DNA of 64,000 bases from Tubulanus polymorphus (Eukaryota; Animalia; Nemertea). The notes below the pieces were generated by a model that saw only the letters and a program-made list of their open reading frames with translations, was not told the origin of the DNA and searched no databases. The stretch spans positions 16,826,560 to 16,890,559 of the forward strand of contig NC_134027.1 of assembly GCF_964204645.1 (NCBI RefSeq), given 5' to 3'. The position numbers and the translations under genes are program-made. Numbering within the stretch: position 1 is the stretch's first letter; each line of letters starts with the position of its first letter. Below are positions 47,173 through 56,729 of this stretch, in pieces.

Positions 47173-47595
47173 CTAATTAGTAAACTTATGAGCAACAAAT
47201 ATAACAATAACTGTTCCACCTAAAATCCAAATTATTTCATATTTCTGTTGTTCATTATTTGGGGTATAATAATCTGATAATTTAGGTTTATGTAGATGTA
47301 ATTTTTCTTTATTGGTTACCGCGTTATATAAACTCATTGCATCATCAACTGATTGAAAATCTCTATGTGAAATCTTCTGATCATATAATTCTTTATTGAT
47401 GTAATCCATATAGTTTTGTCGTTTTTCTCTATATTCTTCCGCTGCTTTATTGTATTTCTCTAATGCTAAGTTATGTCTTCTTTGTTCTCCTAATGAACTA
47501 TTTTTATCAATATGTTTAAATAAATAACCACCACCAGTAAATGCTAAAGCGTTAACAATTGCCGATCCTATAATAGTTATAACTGCAGAAGCCAT
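47173..47595 (-). CDS. Protein with N- and C-terminal hydrophobic helices flanking a coiled coil
   Basis: MASAVITIIGSAIVNALAFTGGGYLF...RHNLALE...PKLSDYY.P...IIWILGGTVIVIFV. Confidence 0.75.
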   Translation of the reverse strand: MASAVITIIGSAIVNALAFTGGGYLFKHIDKNSSLGEQRRHNLALEKYNKAAEEYREKRQNYMDYINKELYDQKISHRDFQSVDDAMSLYNAVTNKEKLHLHKPKLSDYYTPNNEQQKYEIIWILGGTVIVIFVAHKFTN

Positions 47596-47619
47596 TTATT
47601 TAGTAAAATAATTATGCAT

Positions 47620-47838
47620 TTATATGGGAATATATTTTTGTTTTTCCAAATAATCAATAGTTAAATTAGATAAAGTAACTGCTAACGTTAATTTTAAAAT
47701 GTCATTTATATCAAATCTATCAACATTAACACTTCCCATTTTGAATACTTTTTTTAATACCATTGAATAACCAACAGTTCCAACTGATAGTAATGCTCCA
47801 TTATATAATCCAGTTATTATCCACTTATTATCACTCAT
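47620..47838 (-). CDS. Small hydrophobic protein
   Basis: 72 aa with two hydrophobic segments, DYLEKQKYIP end; TAAATG start. Confidence 0.65.
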   Translation of the reverse strand: MSDNKWIITGLYNGALLSVGTVGYSMVLKKVFKMGSVNVDRFDINDILKLTLAVTLSNLTIDYLEKQKYIPI

Positions 47839-48180
47839 TTATTTATCAAAAAAATTACTATCATCAAAATATTTAGTTAACTTATTTATGATTAATTCAA
47901 CATTTATTTCATTACTACTTTTATGATTATCATATATTTTGGTTAATATGTTTTTAATATCATCAATAATTCCATCTTCATTTAATTCATAATATTCTAA
48001 AGGTGATTTAATTAAATCAATTACTTTTTCTATATTATAATTTTCTTTATTAATCATTGATGCATTGTTAAATGATTTACTTTTTTTATCAGTAATTACA
48101 TCATATAGTTTAATTCTCATTTCTTTACCATGTTTAAAATCAAACCCAAAACATATACTCGGTCCAACAATTATATTCAT
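47839..48180 (-). CDS. Hypothetical protein
   Basis: 113 aa; conserved in copy 2B (61401); TAAATG start. Confidence 0.65.
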   Translation of the reverse strand: MNIIVGPSICFGFDFKHGKEMRIKLYDVITDKKSKSFNNASMINKENYNIEKVIDLIKSPLEYYELNEDGIIDDIKNILTKIYDNHKSSNEINVELIINKLTKYFDDSNFFDK

Positions 48181-48197
48181 TTATATAGTGAAAAAAA

Positions 48198-48959
48198 TTA
48201 CTCTTTACATCTTATAACTAATTCATAAATTACAGGAAAGTTATTCAAATCAATTAAATATCCATTGTGATTTCTAATTTCTAATCTAAAATTATTAAAA
48301 CGAGGAGTGCATGGTTTGAAATCACACTCTGTTAAATTATAATTTATTTGCGTTCCAAATTCTTTAACATTCTTCAATGGTAAAATGTTTAGTAAACCAG
48401 AATTACAAGTTATATCTTTAGTTGCTTCGAATGTTTTTGTAGGATCGATTAAATTGCAATAAATATAAAAATGCGTGTAAGGTATTAAGTTTGGTGTACC
48501 AGCATCAATATTTGTAAAAGATCTATCTGGAAGAATTCCTAACAGTTTAGCTATAGGTTTTTTTACCATAAATTTATGTTTTTCACTATTAGACAACCTT
48601 ATCTTTATTCTATCAGAACTATCACTTTTTAAAAATATAATACTAAACCCAGAACTACTACCTAATTTGTGCCAGGCTTTTCTATTAATTTCTTGTGCTA
48701 ATGTATCTAAATTATATAACCCCGGTTTTGAATATATATAGAACCATGAATCTATGTGCCTATTAAAAACTAAAAAGGCTCTATGTTCAATAGTTTTATT
48801 CGATATATTATAAAAAGAATTACATAAACTTATATTAACTAGTTTTAAATCTTCACAATTCTTGAATTCTCTATCTAATTGTACTAGTAAATTATGTGAT
48901 TTATAATTTGTAAGTCTTCTAGAATCAACAAATATTCTGTATTCTTTTAATTCTACCAT
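48198..48959 (-). CDS. Putative minor capsid protein (penton)
   Basis: NSFYNIS, PGLYN...L, IAKLLG, YIYCNLID, LEIRN.NG.LIDLN.FP..YEL pattern typical of Polinton pentons. Confidence 0.7.
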   Translation of the reverse strand: MVELKEYRIFVDSRRLTNYKSHNLLVQLDREFKNCEDLKLVNISLCNSFYNISNKTIEHRAFLVFNRHIDSWFYIYSKPGLYNLDTLAQEINRKAWHKLGSSSGFSIIFLKSDSSDRIKIRLSNSEKHKFMVKKPIAKLLGILPDRSFTNIDAGTPNLIPYTHFYIYCNLIDPTKTFEATKDITCNSGLLNILPLKNVKEFGTQINYNLTECDFKPCTPRFNNFRLEIRNHNGYLIDLNNFPVIYELVIRCKE

Positions 48960-48973
48960 TTATTTTACATATT

Positions 48974-49327
48974 TTATTCGAAATCTATTTCATGGTGCCC
49001 TTTTTCATTCTTCCCTTTGTATACGAAATAGAAATCACCAGAACATAATTCTTCTAGATCTTCACTTGATAATCTATGAAATCTATCCGGTAAATATGTT
49101 CTGAATTTATATGTATTTCCTTTTAATCCTTCATATTCTAAGTGTATAACTAATTTATCTCCATAGTTATTAGTAACTGTATCAATATTTGTAATTAGAT
49201 ATTTCTTATGAATTGTTAATTCTGTTAACTTTTTGAATTTATAATCTACAGATTTTACATTTGTTATATCTTTAATTCTATCTAGAAATAATTTGTTGTT
49301 CTCACTGTGTGTTTGTTTACTCTCCAT
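48974..49327 (-). CDS. Small protein next to pPolB (possible OB-fold DNA-binding protein)
   Basis: FKKL.EL....KY.I......NNYG..LV..L....YLPDRF; conserved in 2B (60290); fold is a guess. Confidence 0.55.
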   Translation of the reverse strand: MESKQTHSENNKLFLDRIKDITNVKSVDYKFKKLTELTIHKKYLITNIDTVTNNYGDKLVIHLEYEGLKGNTYKFRTYLPDRFHRLSSEDLEELCSGDFYFVYKGKNEKGHHEIDFE

Positions 49328-49356
49328 TTATAATACATATTTTTATTAAAATTTGA

Positions 49357-52300
49357 TTAACACGTTAGAATTCTTTTCATTATCTCGTTCTGTTTTGTTT
49401 CTTCTCTTTTAAATTTTAAGTATTCATCTAAATTACAACCATAAGCAACTGTATGAATTCCATCATCTAAAATATATCGTTTATCATCAAATGGGTTTAG
49501 ACTTATCTTTTCAATTTCTTCAATAAACATTTCATGATCTTCAGATCTTAAACATCTCATCTTATGTTTTCTAACTTCTTCATTGAATATACAATTGATG
49601 TAATCTTTGAAATGAATATTCTTTTCTACTACACTTTTGGTTATTCCTTTTAACTTTTTAGCTTCATGTTCTTTAATTTTATATGAATACATTTTAGATC
49701 TAATACCGATGAATTCAATCATTTCTTCACCGCCTAATTCATCTTTGAATTTACCGGGAACTTTTTTTATTATCATTGCTAAACAATTCATGATCTTTAG
49801 GATAATTACTGAAATCAAAATGATGTTTTAATGTTTTTAAATCATCAGTTATGTTATCAGTTTTTATCTTTAATATGTAACTGTCAGTATCAAAATATAA
49901 TATTTCTATATGTTTTTCTCCAAAAAGTGGTTGTAATACATTATAATAGAATTCATACATTAGTAATTTTGATAATTCTAAAACTGAAGCGCCAACATAG
50001 ATTGGTTTATTAAATTTCATTGATGTTCTTCTCATTTTAACTGCGGCAAAATTTTCATCAAATATTCTGTTACCAATGAACTTAGGATATGATTGTAAAT
50101 GTCTAATTCTTTTACCATTACTAACAAACTCAATATCATTTCTATTTCTAATATTTTCACAAGTCTTACCATAGAATGCATTATTCATTAACTTGAAGAA
50201 ATCTTTCTCGAAATCAGTTTTAGCTTCAGTTCTCTGTTTGGTGTTAAAATCTATATATTTTTCTTACCACTTAGATTGACTAAATGAAATAAATCTATGT
50301 ACTTTTTTTAGAACCATTCCTTGTTTCAAATAAAACTTTATCATTCTATAATGTACTAGATAATTATATTTATTTAACTTTTCTGTATGAATATGATTTT
50401 CGGGTTTAATTCTTTTTTAATAATTTGATAATTCTTCATGAGTGACGGTTTTATGTTCGGGGCAGTAAACTAGATTTCTAGATTTAAATTTATTATGTTC
50501 AGGATATTCTAAATCTACAACAAAAAAGTAACCAGTATCTGAATCATCTGCAATATCTAGAATTCTTTTCTTCCAATCAAATTTGTCATTATCATATCCG
50601 GGGTTATCATTTACATTGAAATATCTATCACCTAATACACCTGAAACTCCTCCTCTTATAGATTTTTCAAATAATAGTAATTGATCTATATTTGTTAACC
50701 TCTAAACCTTTCGAATATATCGGTTAATAATAATACATCTGATTTTAAATATAAATCTACTAATTGCCCATGATTTTCTATTTTGAAATGATTCCAAATA
50801 TTCAATGTTCTATTATAGACTTCATCTTTAACATTTTTTAATTCATCATAGAATTGTTCTTTCAATAATTCAGTTATATTGAAATCATTATGTGATTTAT
50901 AAAATGAATATGGAATTGCTCCTTTATATCTCATTAATTGAAAATCATCATTATTTGGGTAGTGTTGCTTTAATATTTTTAATTCATCATCAACTAATGA
51001 TTTTGATAAGTTATCTAATGAACTATTTAAAAATCTATATGAATCTATAAATCTTAGGCAACCAAATTGGAATGATATATAATTCTCAGATGTTTTAGCT
51101 AACATTCTAAATTTATAAGTTGGTATTTTATCTTTTGATCTATTTGAATTTAATCTTTCTATTTCATTATTGATTTCTTCTATTTTATGGCATAACTGTT
51201 TGACGAATAAATGTGCATCATATCCTGATAGATTATGAAATATAACTGGTACAAAATTAATTTTTTTAGCTTGTAAGTTACAATTCTCATGTGCAGCGCC
51301 TCTAAACTTTCCATTCAAATGATCATGGTCTCTTACGTTTTTATCTTTATAATTAAATATCTTTTCACAATAATAACATTTATCTGCAAACGCAAATTCT
51401 TCTTTATCTTCTTCTGTCATTATAATTTCTATATTTGTATTCAATAATTTACTAAATCTTATTTCATATTCAATTAATAAGTCACAAAAATGATTGATAA
51501 CATTTTCATTTCTATAATTATAATATTCACTTTTAATTAGTTCTGGATTAGCAGATTTAATATATAACCCGAAAGCAGCAGCTGATTGATGTATCTTTTT
51601 AATAGTATTTGTTTTTGGCGGTTCTTCTGAAAAATCATTTTCATTAGAATTTAATTTCTTTCTTTTATATTATATTTCTTTTCTATCTTGATCAGTTAAT
51701 TCTTTATTTAATGATTCAAAATCTCCATATATTACAAATGGTACTTTATTTTTTTAATCATATTTTTTGAATTCTAATATTTTATCTTTTTCATTTGGTA
51801 AAACTAATTTACAATAATCATGATTTTCACATAATTGTTTATGATTTAATAATGTACTTTCATTACTGAATCTATGTAAATATTTTCTACAAAGATATAT
51901 TTTATGGTGATCATTTTCTGATTTAAAAAATAAATCGATTTGTTTAATCCACATATAATGATTCTCATAATATAGTATATCTATAACGTCGTTTGAATCA
52001 TAATCTTTTGATAGGTATAAAGGTTCTAATGTATAATGTTTTATATTGTTACCTTTTGTATTTGGTAATTTAATTAAATCAAATACATTTATCTTTATAT
52101 TATTATCTCTTTCTATTTTTGGGATGTTTTTAATTATAACAGGATACTTATCTATCTTATAATTATTTTCAAATTGTTTATAATGAGTTAATCTAAAACT
52201 ATGTTGTTTATAATCTGGGTGTAAACAACTAATTATTGCCCATAGAAAACATTTATCATCTTCATTTTGTACATTTATTACAGCATTAGTTTTAAATGGT

Positions 52301-53169
52301 AGTTTAATATAACTCGATGCTTCAATATCTGGTTCTTTATAATATGATACATTATTTTCATCAATTGGTTTTGATTTAGTTAACTTATTATATTTTGTGC
52401 TATAAACATGTAACGTCATAAATATTATTTCATCAAATATTAAACCAGATCCTTCAAAATATTTCTCTTCTATTTTAGTTTTTACTTCATTATAACATTT
52501 ATCTAATTTATCATCTATATGTTGTTTTAAAATAATATGTTGTGAATGAGAATTTATATTATATATTGGTTTATCTTCAGATTTTATGAATTTAACTTTA
52601 GAAGATATACTAATTTTAGGATATTCAACATCAGTTATTATTTTTATTATTTCTTTCATATTTTCTAAATGTTTTTTATTTTCTTCTAATGTTTTTCCTT
52701 TATGAAATTTAAACTCGATAGCTGCTGTGCCAATATCACTTTTAAATGCTTCGGTTATCTCTATATCTTTTTTATTATCTAATGAATTAATATAATTTCT
52801 TACATCTTCCATGTATGGTCTTTTATTGTTTAATTTATTTTTTATGCTTTTAATTGTCTTCTGTTTCTTATCATTATCTTTATCAAAATAATCTTCACCT
52901 AAAATATCATTATTCTTATTTCTAATATGACTTTTAGATTTTAAATGTTCATTATAATATATTTTATCACTGAATGATTGATTACATGTATCACATTTGT
53001 ATGTTTCTTTTTCATTCTTTAATTCATCTAATTTAGTTTCTAATATATCATCTTTATATTCTAATTTTAATTTATTCTCTAAATGTGTTTTAGTTTTATT
53101 GTGTCTTGCTTTTTGGGATTTATCTATATTGATATTACATGTTGGACAGTAGTACTTATTTGCTTCCAT
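49357..53169 (-). pseudogene. pPolB (group 2, with endonuclease-VII-like insert) of Maverick 2A, with stops, frameshifts and deletions
   Basis: INVQN.D.KCFLW, VRDHDHLNGKFRGAAHENCNL, HNLSGYDAH, FIDSYRFL, MNNAFYGK, YFDTDS, PFDDKRY. Confidence 0.93.
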
Positions 53170-53766
53170 TTTAATACTAAATGTTTCATTAAAATTGATT
53201 TTAGAAGTTCAATGATTTATATCATGTATTATTTCAATCACACTTTAGTAACACTTTTAATGTTTAAAAATCTAACTCATACAAATATGAATATTGAAAT
53301 AATGTTGTAAATATATACTTTTATATTGAATAATCTGTCAATTTAAATGTTATTCATGTATATGATTATTTTAAGAGTAATAGGGGTAATGGGCTTTCAG
53401 GTTAAAGGTTGAATGGTCGAGTTCATTAAAAAACAAAACATTAAAAGTAATTTAAAACTATAATATATTTTCATAACCGTGTGCATTTCAGTTGAATAAT
53501 AGAATAATTATTATTATTTGAATATATTTGATTATATGAATTTGTGTATTGTAAATAAATCAATTGGTCGCGGAGCGACCAATTGATTTAATACAATGTG
53601 CTTTTAAAATTTAAATTATTAATATCTTAGAATAAATATTTAGTTATAATATAAAATGCACACGGTTATGAAAATATATTATAGTTTTAAATTACTTTTA
53701 ATGTTTTGTTTTTTAATGAACTCGACCGTTCGACCTTTGGCTTGAAAGCCCATTACCCCTATTACT
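52900..53766 (-). repeat. Right TIR of Maverick 2A (867 bp)
   Basis: Reverse complement of 36120-37007; includes the pPolB promoter region and first ~90 codons. Confidence 0.95.
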
Positions 53767-54717
53767 GTTGCGTCAAGAAGTATACACACTACACGCGCCG
53801 GCCCGGAAACGATGTCCGAGAAACAAAACCGTGGCGTACAGACTTAACTCAATTTCAAGCCGATTTGTGCGACGTTTCCAACATAGCGAAACATAACGAT
53901 AATTATCGATTCATTTTGGTAACGATTGACGTACTAAGCCGCTACGTCTGCGCGGAACCGTTAAAGAACAAGTTTCCGTCCTCGGTTATCGAGGGTTTCA
54001 AGAAGATTTTCAGAAAAAGGAAGCCGAAGATATTACAATGTGACGCGGGTAAAGAGTTTACGGCTAGTGTGACGCGAAGCTATTTTAAAGATGTCGGTAT
54101 TCATTTTTTCACGACTAACAACGAAACCAAGTGCGCCATAGTTTAACGATTTATGAGGACATTAAAGTCGAAATTGTACAAAGTTTTTTTCGCATCGAAA
54201 TTCTTACAAATATCTAGATGTACTTCAAGACGTAATAACGTCGTACAACGATTCGTATCATCGCGGTATTAAAATGCGACCCTCTGATGTTGACATGTTT
54301 TCGGAATATAAAGTGTTCAAAACCTTGTACGGAGATCCAGGCGTAAAGAAAAGAAAAAAGCGGAAATTCAAATTTAAAATCGGCGATATCGTTCGTATCA
54401 GCGAAACAAAAGGAAAATTCCAAAAGGGATATCTACTGTCGTATAGCACTGAATTGTTCAAGGTTGTAAAATGTATCGTTCGTGTTCCACAAGTTAATCG
54501 TATCGCGGATCTAGATGACGAGGAAATAAAAGGCACCTTTTACGAATACGAATTGATTAAATTCAATTAAAGGATAGACCTTAGCTCGGTATTCACGATT
54601 GATAAGGTTCTAAAAGTTCGCGGTAAAGGAAGTCGAAAACAATACTTCGTAAGTTGGTACAACTATCCGGAGAAATTCAACAGTTGGATTAACGTGCGAG
54701 ATCTGCAGGAATTGTAA
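53767..54717 (+). pseudogene. Maverick 1 integrase, 3' part with chromodomain, disrupted
   Basis: QFQADLCD, LVTIDVLSRY, LQCDAGKEF, KFKIGDIVRIS, IKGTFYEYEL, YFVSW..YPEKFNSW. Confidence 0.9.
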
Positions 54718-54722
54718 AAATC

Positions 54723-55526
54723 ATGAGCGACTTTTTTTTTTTAAAGTGACGCGAACAGCGACTTTTACCCCGACAATACACCGCACAGTTTCAAAGTAAA
54801 ACTACGAGCAACCGTCTCACTCGATGGGAGTGCGCTTTGCTTAGTTTCGTATTTGATTTCTATAACGTTAGCACCGGTACATTTAAATGTGCGTCACCCG
54901 AAACTGGCGAGAAAGAACTAAGAATTCCGGAGGGTCGTTATTCGAGCGTTGAAAAATTAATCGCGGCGATTCAAGAAACAATAGACGAAGTTTTTAAAAA
55001 TAAGATAAAAGTCATATTCAATGAAATAGACCAACAAGTAAAAATACGGTTTTACGACAACTGCGCGTTCGTTTTTACCGAAGATATTGCCTGGATTTTG
55101 GGGTTTAAAGAACATATACCGATTATGAAAGCGTTACCCGACGTAAGACAAGGAAAGAAGGAGCATGGCCCAAAGTTACCCGTTAGAAGAGGTGATTTTG
55201 AATCGTACGAATATATAGACGTGAGCGCCTCGCGCTGTGCCGATATCGAAACGGATTATCACAATTTATTGATTCACACCGACATAATAGAACATCAGAT
55301 GGTCGGTGGTGAAAGCGCGAATTTGTTAAGAATGGTAGCTTTAAAATCTGGACATGTTGGCAAAATTGTCGGTATAGAATTTACTAAGGCTCAGTATTTT
55401 CCTGTACAGAAGAATAACTTTCAAACGATAGAAATCTTTATAAGGGGTGAATCGGGTAAAATACCATATTTTCGGAGTGGAAAATTTAATTGCGTTTTAC
55501 ATTTCAAACGAAAACATTTACTGTAA
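54723..55526 (+). pseudogene. Maverick 1 minor capsid protein (penton), 5' end frameshifted
   Basis: YPDNT..SFKVKL, IPEGRY.S, IAWILGF, IHTDIIEHQMVG...ANLLR.V, YFPV....FQTIEI.I....G..P.F..G...VLHFK. Confidence 0.8.
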
Positions 55527-55528
55527 TA

Positions 55529-55948
55529 ATGAGGGCTGTTTGCCAGATAGATCACGCCGCGTGTTGTAAATATTACGCTAATCAAGGCGGCTCAGGGATA
55601 GATATATACAGAGCGCACCCAGTACAAGGAGGCCGTGGATTAGGATCCGCGGTTAGTGGTTTGAGCCGTAAAGCGATATCGTTTTTGAAGAATGTCGCGA
55701 GTAAAGTTACGCCATACGTTATAAAAACTGGCGTCAAGGTTTTCGGCGATTACCTGAGAGGACGATCGTTAGGGGTCTCTATTCGAAACCGAGCGTCGGA
55801 GGCCGCGAGCGATGCTCTGAAATCAACTTTCCACGGGGAAAAAGAACAGGTTTTAAAAGGAAAGAAGCGACGTCGCATCAGCCGTGGACGTTTGGTCGCA
55901 CGTGGTAGGAAGCGCAACGAATCTTTAACGGAAACAGAAGCCTACTAG
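55529..55948 (+). CDS. Maverick 1 basic core-like protein with QxG.G protease-type sites
   Basis: YY.NQGGSG..IY....VQGGRGLG; R/K-rich C-terminus; sits between penton and MCP. Confidence 0.72.
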   Translation: MRAVCQIDHAACCKYYANQGGSGIDIYRAHPVQGGRGLGSAVSGLSRKAISFLKNVASKVTPYVIKTGVKVFGDYLRGRSLGVSIRNRASEAASDALKSTFHGEKEQVLKGKKRRRISRGRLVARGRKRNESLTETEAY

Positions 55949-55964
55949 TATCAATTAATCGAAA

Positions 55965-56676
55965 ATGTAGCTGTTAGTGGATCCCGATTCGCCTTTGTGC
56001 GCGAGCAGTGAACTGGATTTGTTTACAGTGCCAGGATCGGTGTTTAGTTACAAACACTGCGATTACGTCGCTTATGAATCGTCAACTTCGATTAGCGACA
56101 ACGGACCGATTGTATTTAGAATTCCAAAAACGGATAAATAATTACATAGATTTGACTTATTTGAAATTGAAATTCCGAGTTGTAAGGGCTGATGGAAGCA
56201 ATCTCGACGAAGGAAACGTCGTTTCTATGATCAACAGTTGCAACAGTTTTTTCAGCGACGTCCAAGTTTCGTTTAACGATAAAATAGTAACGCACGACAA
56301 TGGACTTTGCCCGCTCAGGTGTAAAATTGAAAATCTGATAAATCATAGCTACGAAACAAAAAACTATTCTTGGTAAGACTGCGGCATTTACGCAAAAGAT
56401 GAAAGCGGAAAAAAATCTGATTTCGATGCGAAAAAGGACGGCGCGAACAACGGGTTAATGAAACGACATAATTACGTGAAAAACAGCAAGTTAGTGACCG
56501 CGTACACGAGATTACACGCGGACGTGTTTAGAATGGACAAAGTGTTGTTGAATAACGTTGATACACAAGTGAAACTACTCAGATCAAAAGATAGTTTTGT
56601 TTTGATGTCTGGTGACCAGCACGCGGACTATAGATTGATAATAGAAAGCGCCCAGCTGCATGACAGAACGTATTGA
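55965..56676 (+). pseudogene. Maverick 1 major capsid protein, N-terminal half, disrupted and truncated
   Basis: C.SSELDLFTVP, YIDL.YL.LK.RVV..DG, FSDVQVS.N, LHADVF..DK.LLN.VD..VKL.RS...F.LM. Confidence 0.82.
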
Positions 56677-56729
56677 TACGCCGGTCACAATCCTCTCCTT
56701 AGTCGTTAATTAATAAAAGCAAAAAAACA

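Larger units (their letters stand above)
36120..53766. mobile_element. Maverick/Polinton 2A, structurally complete (17,647 bp), very AT-rich, group-2 pPolB
   Basis: Termini AGTAATAGGGG...CCCCTATTACT; 6-bp TSD GTTGCG at 36114-36119 and 53767-53772; long TIRs; integrase, ATPase, MCP, penton-like and pPolB genes. Confidence 0.96.
26915..56676. mobile_element. Maverick/Polinton 1 (group-1 pPolB type), degenerate; interrupted by Maverick 2A; right end missing
   Basis: Starts with canonical AGTAGT terminus exactly where the BEL ORF homology stops; pPolB, A32 ATPase, integrase, penton and MCP genes; no right TIR or protease gene in the window. Confidence 0.88.

Noticed and set aside
53191-53198. 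AAAATTGA as a mimivirus early promoter for pPolB
   Set aside because: Wrong orientation relative to the gene and likely by chance in such AT-rich DNA; kept only as part of the wider upstream motif
53706-53766. MFFNELDRSTFGLKAHYPYY as integrase N-terminus
   Set aside because: Translated from the Maverick 2A right TIR; the true N-terminus is at 35962-36119
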